From Raillietiella orientalis (Eukaryota), in the NCBI GenBank assembly GCA_036172245.1, contig JAYWIR010000030.1, forward strand, positions 1,860,001-1,924,000: a stretch of 64,000 nucleotides of DNA. Reading direction: 5' to 3'. The notes under the pieces are model-generated. The model saw nothing but the letters and a program-made list of their open reading frames with translations, searched no databases and was not told where the DNA came from. The translations under genes and the position numbers were made by a program. Below are positions 1-11,539 of the stretch, in pieces (position 1 is the first letter of the stretch; each line of letters opens with the position of its first letter).

Positions 1-930
1 AAATCTTCGCTGGGATCGACAGAGGAGATCATAGAGTCTGTAGCTATCAAAGATATGCAGAGGGCACTCACACGCCATGCACTTGGAAGTTCTTGTAAGA
101 GATCGCACATCTCGGGTCAAGTGCATGCACTCCCCTGGCGTCTTTATGCTATCGGGAGCGAATTTGAGAGATCCACATTGTTTCCGCCAATGGGCCCCTG
201 TAAATAATCAGTGAATCATTATGGATCGCAGAAGGCAGTTGTTCAAGAAAGCATGCATGATCACGAGAAGATTCTAGATTAGTGTTCCAAAAGATACGGA
301 AGCTCCCCGAATCCAAGATTCTTTTGCGATTCAGAGAGCACTGCAATCTGGGAATCCTCTTCTCTTTTGATCCAAATGAACAGATAAAGAGGGCAGCTCA
401 TCACACCGGTGAGTTTGCCCGTAGATCATGTATTCCCAAGGATGGCTTCTCGCGCCAGTTTTTAATTTGATTTGTCTTCAGGGAGTCTTATTTCCCTTAT
501 TGGTTGCCATTCAGATGTGAATACGATTGCGTACATGAGAGAATCGTTTTGGGTTTCTCCAGGAATCGGCCAATATTTGCGGGCGCAGTTGTTTGGAACG
601 CTGGAGGTCTCTGCTTCGTGGTTCGGAAATCCTCAAGGTTGAAAGTGTCTAAACAAAGGGAGACGTTGATGGAAGAATAGGCTGCCCCCGAGTTGACGTG
701 CCTTACGTGAGAAACGAACTCTGGGAATCAGACCGTGGGCGTGATGAAGCGCACCTAATTCAAAAGAGATAGAAAAGCGTTTGACTTGCAGCCTCCGGGT
801 GCTTGAGAGAAGATCCAAAGGTCCCTTTTGTTCGTGCAAGATTACAAGGTACTTTTGTGAAGACGATTCCATTTCTCTCTGAGTCCCATTTGATTTCCTT
901 GATTTTATCGTTCTGGCTGAAATTTGGCAC
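1..930 (-). mobile_element. Degenerate non-LTR retrotransposon RT fragment (runs off window edge)
   Basis: Minus-strand translations across frameshifts give RT-like motifs in order: KNWREK (NWRPI-like, ~450-470), SSRDHACFL (SV.H-like), LIIYRG, then a YDLL (ADDL-like) remnant. Heavily mutated. Confidence 0.5.
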
Positions 931-1154
931 ATAGCTGACTGTCAGCAGTGGTCACCAAGGAGACAAGTCCAAATGCCTGCTAAACTGTAAAAAGCAACAA
1001 CCACCGCATTGGTTGGTGTCCCACCTTGAGCGCTGCTGGTTGTCCTCCCAACAACAGCTGCTATCCCTGCTTTCGCTTTTTTGCTTCCAGTTTTTTCTTC
1101 ATGGCTTCCTTGTTTTTTTCGGTTTTCCAAGTGCTGAAGAACCTCCTGCCTCCC

Positions 1155-1320
1155 TAGGAGAGGCTCACGAAGCTCTTCATCACTGTTTACTCTACTCGAT
1201 GGGGCGTGTAACTCTTCGAGTTATAGGGAATAACCCCAGAAGGACCAAACTATAAATACAGGTAGGCTCACGCTTGGAAATGAGCCCCAAAGGATACCCC
1301 TGTCCTGGTTGTCTTCTATT
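1155..1320 (-). mobile_element. tRNA-headed SINE-like family, 3' fragment (copy 1)
   Basis: aggctcacgaagctcttc...gcgtgtaactcttcgagttatagggaataacc aligns with the family 3' end at ~17803, ~20151, ~26090 and (reverse) ~34480. Confidence 0.7.
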
Positions 1321-1334
1321 TCCACCAGAAAGAC

Positions 1335-3450
1335 CGTGGCTTTTCTTAATATTCAAAATAACCTCATACATTGTGGTGGGACACGTGGTCCATCACGCTC
1401 CGCTTGTGCATGGACCTGCAGGGTCGCCGGTGCGCACACCGGCGGGGCTGACTGACAGCGAAGGGGGAGGGGAGAGAACAGAAAGTAAAAAGAGAAAGTA
1501 AATAAAACTCTTTGCGAGGATCAGGAAGAAATCACTGTTTGCTATGGGGAGTCTGCATCCTTTGCAGGATGTCAGCTAGGCAGTCCTAAGTCCAGTATTT
1601 CGTCCGAACAGGTTCCAAGTGGGGCCATCATCTCTAAGGGGGGTTCCAAGTGGCCGCAATCCGCTAAAAGTAATCTACGAACTGGACGGCGTCCCTCTCG
1701 CTTCTTCCTCTGTCGGCTTCGCTCCAGGCTGCCACAATCCTGTGGATGCAGCAAAGCGCTTCAGGGAGTGCGGCTGGCTGCAGTACGTCCCGCACAAAGT
1801 GGAGCTGTAAGAAGTCCCTAGGGGTGCCAACTGGAGTCCGTAAGGTCGTTCCGAAAGCTTCTCACAGGAACTGGAGGGCAAGATATCCCACAAGCAGATG
1901 CGACAGGGATTCGCGTTCCCTGAATCTTCGACAGTCCGAGCTCAGTGTCCAGTGGTTTCGGCTGCGTCGTAGAGAAGACCCCTAGACAGTTCTTGCCCAA
2001 AGAGTCCACGGAAGGGATCAGATCCTTGTCACTCCTCTGAAGAGAACCCGAAAGGGCACTTCCAAATTTCTTTGAAGGGCTCTCCCTGAAGAAAGCAGCG
2101 CGCTTCTTACACTCTGGAGAAACAACTCTGGAGGGAGGTCATGGCTCTCTTATCACGACCGAAAGTTAACACCAAAGAAATCGGCTCCTTGAATCCTGGA
2201 AGTAACCCGGAGGATCAGTTTCCAATTCAGGTTACTCACGAGGACATACGGTTTCCAACTTCCACCAGCGCCACAGCATCATCCTGCGAAAGAACTCGAA
2301 GCCCACGACGTACCTCATTTCTTGGCGTTGCTCCTTACCCGGTGGAACATCAGCTCCTTCAATGTCCCCCCTCCTCCCCCCCAAACAGTTCATCTTGCGA
2401 CTTGTTCTGTGAAAAGTTGCTTAGACACCGATTCGCAGAAATGGCGCATTGAATCCGGAGGGCGTAAAACGAAGAGGACCAACCCTTTTGTCCTTTGTAG
2501 ATAACCTTTGTGCTGCTGCTACCGTTTCCTCTGTTTAACGAGCTGCTTGACATGGAAGAAAGTATCCTGTCTCATAAGTGTCGCCTGCCTTCCGGGTTTC
2601 CGTTAAAAAATTGAAGTCATCTTGAGAAATCAGGTGGAAGTAGTGCCTGGTTGGGAATTTCCATGTGGCCACTTCATTCCAGAGCCATCAGTGCACAGCG
2701 ACCGGATGCCATCTGGGCCAACTCCATCTCAACCAGGTCTGCACAGAGCAGAACCACCAGTGCAGAGCCTCCTATCGGCGACCAGTTGTTTACGTGTTCC
2801 TGACCAACTTTTTGGAACAACTGATGATAGCACCTGAGGAACACCTCGAGCTGTGGTGCTTCTTCACGAAAGACAGAGCTTTCGCCTGTCGTACAGGTCG
2901 CGCCACTGGGCAAGTGCGTCCATGGAGGGGCGAAAGGAAGCCTCTGAATATGAGCATGATGGCGCTTGGCTAAACTTTATGGAATCGCGGGAAAGGAGCC
3001 CGGCATCACCATGCACCCCCTTAACGGCAGCGACAAATCACAGCTGGCGTCATGGTAAATCCGCGCAATTTCGACACCTTCACTCTCTGGAGCCGCACGG
3101 TCGCGGCGTCCCTCGAGGCAGCTCCTGAAGAATCCTCTGCCACGACCCAAACCGTCAGAGAGATGCGATTTTCCCAAAGCAAATACGGAACTGCGATCCA
3201 AGGAAGCTCCTTTGAAAATTATTTTCACCATTTCCAAACGAACACCCCGTCAGCCGCGACGGGATGTGCGTCCACGAAGGAAGCAGATGGCATCTCCGTA
3301 AAGAATTCTGCGAACCACTCAAGAGAGCGGATCGAGAGTTTTTCTTGTCCCTTGGCTTGAAGGCTCCTTCCCGTATGCTCCGGCCCTATGCTCAACAGCA
3401 GCAAAGAAACCGAACTTCAAAACAGCCAGTCGTCCATGCGCTGACCATCA
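1335..3450 (-). mobile_element. Degenerate RLE-type non-LTR element (RT/thumb plus 3' UTR), interrupted by SINE copy 2
   Basis: VNNWSPIG (NWRPI-like) in ORF 2674-2913; LGVF...LSKI (thumb-like) in ORF 1818-2009. The 3' UTR at 1335-1575 is similar to the one at 27535-27795. Confidence 0.5.
2010..2350 (-). mobile_element. tRNA-headed SINE-like family, 5'/middle fragment (copy 2)
   Basis: ctctgaagagaacccgaaagggcacttcc and ccaacttccaccagcgcc match copy 4 (20440-20470, 20660-20675). Confidence 0.7.
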
Positions 3451-3499
3451 GAGAGGAACGACAATGGACCCCAAAGCGGACCAATCTCACGGTGCTACT

Positions 3500-4530
3500 G
3501 CTGATGTCTGATGGTCAGAGTTGTCCACCAGTGCACGCAAGGGTGCTTCATTGAAAGGAAAGGCACGTGGTGCTACTGGATGCCATCGAACAGGCAGGGA
3601 ACGGAGGTCGTGCTGCTCTCCGATCACTTGGTCGAGGAGAGAAGTCCTGTGGGAAGGGTTCGTCGTTTCCCGGAGCTGCAGAGTCGCTCGAAGAATCTCG
3701 ACTACGTCTCGGGTTGCGCCACCGCTTTTGCTCTGGAGAGGAAGTTCTCCCAATGGTAAGTGCACTCGAACAGGCGGGACACCACCGAGATGCCCAGGCC
3801 CAGACGAGATGCCCTTTCGCATCTCGTCTTCAAGATGCTCTCGGAGAGCCGAGTTCCACCTCGGCTCTTGCGCAGGGAGATGCCCTCCTCGCCAACCGGT
3901 CCTCGCGAGGCCACTTCGTCTCCCTGCCCCTGGCGCAGGGATGTCCAGGAAGCGGGGGACTTCTCTTGGCCGCCGGAACAGCTCCAACGAGCTGCGCCGG
4001 CGTCGTGGGTGCCGCGCGGGATGGCGAACGCTGCTGAGAGGGCAGATTCGAGTTCCTCCCGGAGGAAGAAGTGAGGCCGTCGCCGCACCAGATCCTCGGA
4101 GGCATTGCCAGGGTGGGCACGGTACTCGCCCTCCTGGCGCACCTTTACATGGTGGAGGGCGCCGCGGTCTCCCAGTAGGAGGTGCAGGATGGACCCATTC
4201 CTTCGATGCCATCCATTCCTTCGATCCATACCTCGCGCAGCTGAGGAAGCTTCTTCCCCCCGTCACGTGAGCACAGCACCTGCTGCACGCGAGTCCCGAT
4301 GCAGAAAAAGAATTGCTGTCTGCTGCGTGTCAATTCCTTTTGAGAAAGGTCCCTTGAGTGCGGAAGTGCCTTTGAAATGGTTACTTCGGCTGGATGAGCC
4401 GAGCTTGACCGCCAAGGAAATGGGTGACACTTGCAGTGGTAAGAGGGTCGAAGACCTCGGAACTGATGGACGAACCTCTTCTCTTGTTTTTCTCACGAAT
4501 TTCTAAGCCTTTTCAATGAAGAATTTCTGT
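3500..4530 (+). mobile_element. Degenerate RLE non-LTR fragment ending in the endonuclease region
   Basis: ORF 4105-4506 contains IAVCCVSIPFEKGP, matching the RLE xxxDVxxPFE motif. Confidence 0.5.
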
Positions 4531-4559
4531 TCTGCTGTTGTTTCTGCCGCTACTGTCTA

Positions 4560-4990
4560 CATGGTAAGGAAAAAATGAGTAATAATCCTATGATCCCTGG
4601 TGACCTCGACATTGCTCATCCATAGGCGATATAAATTGCGGAAGCTACAGGCAGACGATCTCTCCGGACATCATCATCATTTTCATCGGTGACAAAAATA
4701 ACAATCCTCGATGGTCGTGGTAACGTACAGGACATATGTCTTTTGCATTCCATAGACGAATGTTAGCTTGCCATTCGAATGCTTGCTGTGACTCAGATGC
4801 AGGAGCAGCAGCTTCCAGGGTTCGGATATCCTTTGGCACCTCAAAAGCCAGTTGGAAATCCAAAGTAATTGATCGAGCTGGCAAGGAATCTCCAGGAATT
4901 TACAAGCGCTGGCATAGTCCAACGAGGAGTGAGTCCATGAGGGATCGCACCATGCGTTGTATCCATGGAACGTGCTGTCTCGCTCACCGA
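4560..4990 (+). mobile_element. RLE endonuclease remnant
   Basis: SPDIIII (~4662-4682), then after a frameshift KITILD, and ISFGTSKASW (IVGxLGxW-like). Confidence 0.5.
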
Positions 4991-5639
4991 GAGAGCAGCC
5001 GGGAAAAAATTAGCTAGCTCTTCCCTTATTGTTTATCCCGTGCGGTTCCTGTAATGTCTCGCCTCAGCCAACTCTTCCATTTCTCCAGGCAGCCACATGG
5101 TGTTCCCTGGCATATTAACGCACGTGAGTAAACATTTGCCCGTCTTCTTTGATTGGATCATTCTCGACCTGACGAGCTCTAGCAATTCCGCGAATTTTCG
5201 CTGGAGACTCCGTCCCGAGCCAAAATTACTGCGTAACTTCCGATGTGCTGCATCCGGCAGGAATGCTAACTGCATCCCTGGAATCGCACCTGCAGGATAA
5301 GGGAAGCGATTTCCACCGAAAGAGAAGATCAGCTGCAGCGACTTGGCCACATAAATCGCCTTCTACCACTTTCACGGTCGCCGTTTGGGAGTGAAAATCG
5401 CCGCTGTCATGATGTGACACGTCTTTCGGATGCATACCGGCGACGGAGACAACGCTTAGAAACTCCAACAAGCTCCTCCTGAAGGTACGGAAATGGACCA
5501 GTTTCTATGGAAACGTGCAAAGGGTCCATACCTCGATTTCGGAAATCATGCATCTTCGGGGGGAGCATGGCTTTCGTTCATCTTGACTAGGCCGGTCAAC
5601 TCTTTTAAGTCTGCATCTCCAGGCCGCTGAACAGAAGTG

Positions 5640-7940
5640 AAGCCTGAGAGATGGTCGCTGCCACCGACAGTGGTGAACGTGCGGAGGTTTCCGTCCGCGG
5701 AATCCGTTCCCGAGTTGACGAAACGTCGTCTAGAAAAGCACCGCATCTCCCTTGAGCGAGTCTCCGTCCTTCGGACCGTCGGACTTGGAAGCGGGCGAGG
5801 GAAGCCACAGTGGGAAAGGACTGTTTTGCCAACTCTCAGCTTCCAGTTGGTCCGTAATAGATTCACTACACCGGGTGGCGTTTATTCCAGGACCGCAAGG
5901 GAAACAACTTTCGACCAGCGCTCCGTGGCGCTGTTTCTCCCAGGGTGCCTTCACTGGTACCTAGAAGGCTTTCAGCATCCACCATTTGCAGCTTCACACC
6001 TGCAGGAAGGAAGACAATCCCTCCAATCTCTATCCGGAAATCTCTCTCAGCCTCCCTCGGAAAGTATCAGACCCTGCACGGCTCGGACAAGTCGCTGCCA
6101 GCATTCCTCTCGTTCTCCCTTCCCGGGCCCTGTGGAACTCGTCGCTACGTGGCTCTCGATTCCCGGCAAGCCAGTTCCCGTGTCTGCCACTGCGTTCCTC
6201 CGCGGATGTCCTGTAGCCCTAGGCTTGTGCTCCCGCTACGCAGTCTGCTTGCTACGCTGCTCGCCGTTGGCAATTCCGCCGTCTCGGGACACCGGGATTC
6301 TGGCTGGTCGCCCTGTTTGCACCCTGAGGATTGGCAGACCAGCGACTTCCTGAAATCCGCGAGCCACTCGCGTGAAGAAACGATCCCCTGGATGGGGTGA
6401 TCTCCGTCAGCTACGACACACTCCGAAGCACAAGTGGCTAATCAGTATCCCCAGCTTCCCCTCAGAGGGCAGCATTAGCTTCTCGTTGATTGCTTTCACT
6501 AGCAACAAACATAATCCCCCCAGCATTCTGCCGAGCCCGGTGCACGACGAGACAAAAGGGTTCCTCCAAATCTGAGCCGGAAGTGCGTATACGAAGAGCC
6601 ATCCTCGTCCACGTGACCAGTTGAAGGTCTACCTAGGAGACCCGGAATCCGTGACTAAAGACTTTCGGGGATGGGGGAAGACGTTCGATCCGACAGACTT
6701 GCCAGCGCCCATCGCCGCTATAGTCGTGCTCGCTGATAATAGTCGCCGTCGTCTGCTGATGTTCTTCAATGTAGGGCGGTTGGAGGGGAGACTGCAATGC
6801 TCTCAGAAAAGCGACGATGGGTGATGGCCCTTCGTTCCTGACGATCCTTGAATCCCGGTTGTAGTCAAGTGACCTCATCCTTACGTGCCGGGTCACTTCT
6901 TCGAATAAAAAAGCGAACCAGTCGAACTCCCAAATGGAAGGGTCGGGCATGTCCTATCCAAGGGGTCCGAGACACACCGGGGACGCTATTACGAGGGATG
7001 GGGAGGACCTGCACCCAGCAGATGAACCAACGGAAATGCTGCGGACCGGACTCGCGCTGAGGTCATCCTGATTCCTGGGAGCTGCACCGCGCCGGACCGA
7101 CCGACACCTAAGTGGCTCGCGACTGCCTCAGGCATCCTTCCGGCACGGGCCGTTTCCGAGCACGACGAGGGACTTCTCTGCAGGACGGACGTGCCCTCTT
7201 TCCGCTGCTTCCGCTGCTCTCGTGGGTGGCGGAAAACGAGGCTGGGAGGAGTGGACAACTGACACTCTCGAAGTGCAGTAGCTCGTGGATCATCGGAATT
7301 TGCAGTGGATCAGTCTCTGCTGCACGCGAGATCGCCCACGCGACCGCGCGCGTCCCTTGGGCTTTGCTGGCAAGATGGCCACGTGCTGGTAGGGAAGAGG
7401 AAGGATGGCGATCGGGAATTTTTTCTCTGAGCTTCCCGAGAAAGTCCTCTCACCCACCATTTGTTCTCCTGATAAAGATGACGTGAGGGCGTGGTCTTCG
7501 AGGGTGGTTCGCGTGATTCCCCATGACGCGAAGGGTCCTGCACTTCGAGATCTGACAAGCCATCGGAATATGCGGAAATATTGATGGAAAAATTGACCTT
7601 TTCCTTCTTCCCAACAGAATAGAATGATGGCAGCGACAATTTTATTGTTCCGCCTCCATGTGATAAAATCTCTACCAGCCATTCCGCCGAAGGTAGCGGC
7701 AGGCTCAGGAGGAAGTCTTGAAATTCCCACAGGATTCCTCTGCTTAGCCGTTCACGTCTGCAATGTGGACGCTCGGATCGCGGATTCATCTCCACGGAAT
7801 GACAGTCGGCGCAGGATTCCATCTCCCGATTTGTTCGTTTATCGTGACTACTCGCAATGTATCTCTGGCAACCCGGCATCGGATTCTGACTATTCCAGTT
7901 TTCTTAATCTCTTTTCCCCCACGATTCCTACGTACTCCTG
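5640..7940 (+). mobile_element. Degenerate RLE non-LTR element (RT to RLE, pyrimidine-rich 3' UTR)
   Basis: KEDNPSNLYPEISL...KV (RT domain 2-like, ~6007-6068); IIGIC...IAH (knuckle/RHD remnant, ~7290-7340); SPDKDD..VIPHD...MRKY (RLE PD..D..P..KY, 7466-7581). Confidence 0.6.
6882..7536. repeat. 655-bp inverted duplication, left arm (partner 11902-12556)
   Basis: Near-identical reverse complement; mirrored ORFs 7112-7486(+)/11952-12326(-) differ by one residue. Confidence 0.97.
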
Positions 7941-10900
7941 TGCGTGATCAACCGTTCGTCACTTCATTTGCACTGAATGATCCAGGACGAATCCAGCACA
8001 GATCCAGGCTGAGAGGAAGTCAGTTTGACCGGGTGAAGGTGGAAGCACTGCGAGCTGGGGGACCCGACCGGCGTGCCCCCATGGATATTCTTTTCGCACC
8101 CTGAACTCCAGCTCCTTCGATCCATCCGCCTTCCCGGCCGCATCTCCGGCTGGAAACCGTTCCCAGGATCCGAGTATCCAAGGACGCAGTCTTGACCTCC
8201 ATGCCGCGAAATATTTGACAGGAAGGTCCTGTCTCACACCTGGGCTGGTTGCGTGCGTGCTCGAGGGAAGGAGCAGCGGACCAGATTTCTGGAGAGCCCT
8301 TCCCGGAATCGAAGGTATTTTCCGGAAGTGTTGTCCTGCGCACAGCTCAGGAGAGACTCCTCGAACAACACGGGCACGCGTCATGGGCTTCCAGCCACTT
8401 GGAGATACGAAGCAGGGGTGCTCGTTTTCCTCATTATAGTCGTCCTTTTTCTTCCTTGCCTCAGACGGATTGTGCCACTTCCATCCAGGCAGCGGCATCT
8501 CTCATCACTTGCGGGATGATCAGCGGCTGTCAGGAGTTCCCGTCAGGGATTCGATTCTCAGAAGAAACATCACGCGGGATGGATCGACGCCGTCTGCTCC
8601 TACCTCGGATCAAAAATAGAACAGCCTCCCGCCCCACCCATTCGCCGACGCAACCACCCGCTTGCATCCCTTCGGAGATACTCCGCCCGGGGAAGTGCAC
8701 AATTGACTATCCGACAAACGAGGAAATTCAAAGCGAACGCTGAAAGGTCACGACGGTCAGGATCAGACTATGCGGCAGCGGCTGCTCTGTGCCAGGTTGC
8801 GTCTCATCTCTCATGGCGATCGGAAAACCTGCTGAACCCGGTTCAAATCAGGCTCCAGGGGGCTTCAGAGCTCACAATTTGAGGATGTCAAGCTGAGGCT
8901 CTCTCTCTGGGCGATACTCTTTGCGAAGGCAGCTTTTGGGGGCAAAAAAATCGCAAAGCAACACGCTGTTCGAGTTCACTGAGAAGAGAGAGACAAGAGG
9001 CACCTGCAATCTAGATAAAGGGATTCGTTTGCCTAGCTGTGATGGATCTTCAAAGATATTTTTCACGGGTTTCGTTGAGGAACTCCAGATGAAGTGCCGG
9101 ATGCAACAGCAGTGGCGTAGACCACGAAGGTTGACAAGAAATCCCCGAAACTTCCACGTGTCACCTTGGATTTCTGTTGGAGGGTGGCCTATCCTTTGTG
9201 TGTTCTGCGGCAAATTCCAACTGTAAAGAGAGTTTACAACTGACCTTACATGAGGATGGTAAACTGATCTCATCCTCAAAAAGGAAGCCAGTGAAGAAGT
9301 CTCCTGCATTCCATGCGAGCTGCAGAAAAAAATGTGAAGAGCTTTAATCCATCGGTCCTTTCTTACAGACTATCCGTTCTTCCAGCGACCTGGCCTACGA
9401 GTCCGTGGCTGGCCTCCTCATCTTTGAATGCGAGAGTCCCAGAGCAATGGCTTCTTGCTTTGATGAGGAACTAACTCCTGCCTAACTTAAACAGGTTAAG
9501 AACCTGCCTCTAAAGATGGAACTCAACATCAGGTACAGTCAGGAGAGGAGACAGGTGGAGTGAAACACGCTCTTGTGGAAAATCTCCAGTTTCACAAAGA
9601 GAATTCCAAAGGTTCAAATCCGAGGTTTCTTCGACTCCGTGGAATTCCACCCGAGGCTAGGAGTTTTCATGGTGATTTTCGTGGAATCGGAAGGAATGTA
9701 GAGTTTGGGAATTCTTATCTCCAAACCAAGTTGTCCTTTCTTCTTTTCAACAACATACATTGGTTTCACTTTCGTTACAGTGGTTAGGCAATCCAAGATG
9801 CCACATTTAAGTAACTAAAGAGAAGCCAACTGGACAAAGAAGCGATGGACTAAAACGCTGAAACCAGCACGAAAGAAGACAAAAAGTGTTGCCGCTCTTG
9901 CCAACAGCGATCGCCCCACTGATAAATCTGTAACTGCGAACTTACTACACCTGGAGGTAGTCCAGGCTTTTCTCTTCGAGAACACCACTTGATTCTTTGA
10001 CTTTCTTTCGTGTGCAATAGGTGGTGTCCTGATGGTGAGGCTCTCGCAAGGAGGCAGTTTAAACATCTCAACGAATACCCTTCCGAGTAAGGGAAAACCT
10101 GGGAGCAGAAGGGCGGCGGTCAGTTTTCGGAAGCCCCTATCATTTTATCCTCTTCATCAGCTCGGAACAATCCGCTCGTGATCTTCTAGCTTCCCACTGT
10201 CTCCACAATCGGCTGCACCGAGATATGTGTGTTCCTCATGAAAGCAAACATACAATGTGGGAACACTCCCTTGTACTCAATGTTCCTAGCTCTGGAAAGG
10301 AGAGGGACGAACCATCCACTTGCACATCACCTACATGATAAGGCCACGAGCGTGAAGGCAGTTAGGGGTAAGAGAGAATGAATAATCAAAGGTTATAAAT
10401 AGGTAATGGGGTAAAGATCTCTGTCTGATCACGTTGCTTCTTCCGCAGCCAGTGCGCGATGCAGGCATCGCCCTTCTTCGCCTCTTGCTGCAGCGGGTGA
10501 GAACATCTGGTCACCCTCTTCGCTGTGCAGGGGTTTTTCGCCTTCGCAGGCTCGTCCCGACGCTCAGCGGGCGGCCGCCATCCTCTGGAGCAACACGGCG
10601 TGCCGCCGGGGCGTCCGCAGCAGGCAAAAGTCCGTCGAGAGCGAAACGCCGTCGCAGCAGCTCCTTGGGAGCGCCTTCGCAGACGGAACGGGACATTGCC
10701 GGTAGGCGTTGCCGACTGCTGCGGAGGACGGGGAGCAAGAGAGCAGGCGTTTCGGCTGCCGGCGAATCTGAGAGGGACTCCCGCGCTCGTCCAGGCACAC
10801 GGGAACACAGGACTCACCAGCTCCACCGGTGGATTTGCACGGAAGTGGCGGGAGCTCCTCAAGGGCGCTGGGAGTCGCAGCTCAGCCTGCTGGACACTCG

Positions 10901-11539
10901 ACAAGCCGTCTAGACTCGGCTACTCCTGAGAGTCAGCGGTGGGACGGGTGGTCCAGACCAGGCACGGAAGAAGCCGGACCATCCGCTTGACACTGGAGGA
11001 ACCGTTGCAAGGCAAACACCTCCTTCCTTTCCCCGTCCATCGCTCCTGGAACGAGCGCTTGAGCTTTTCCTCGCATTGGTGTGTCAGTTGCGACCCTTGT
11101 CCTCCCCTCGCGCCGAATTCCCGAGCAGCGCCGCGTCTGGACCGTGACTTCCTCCTCGCTGGAAGAAGGGGCACTGCGTATGCTGATCCCAGAGAGACGT
11201 ATTCCATGGCGTGTGCTTAAGTACGAACATGCCTGCGAGGCTTGACACCTGCGTCGTACGTGCGACCCGGTACCCCGTCGTACGTGCGAACACAGTTCGG
11301 AAATCCTGTTGGTCAGTTCCGTTGCTTCCCTCCCCTCGTATCTCCTCGAATAGACATGGCTTTCCTCCTCCAGAGATCCCTAGCAACCAGATGAGTCTCT
11401 GAGAAACGCTATGTTCTTCCGAGAGAAAACAAGTATGGATGCCTCTTTGAAATGCCAGAATGAAAATCTTCAAAAGTAGAAGGTGAAAAGAAAAATGCGC
11501 GCGTGCGCGCGCGCAAAAGTTCCTTTGTAACTTTTGTTT

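Noticed and set aside
2270..2295. Apparent FADD RT motif on the minus strand
   Set aside because: The sequence aligns with the SINE head region (gcaggatgacgctgg) in other copies.
11148..11195. TCC-TCCTCGCT-GGA, resembling HDV ribozyme P3/L3
   Set aside because: No compatible G-initiated P1 or adjacent P2 pairing.
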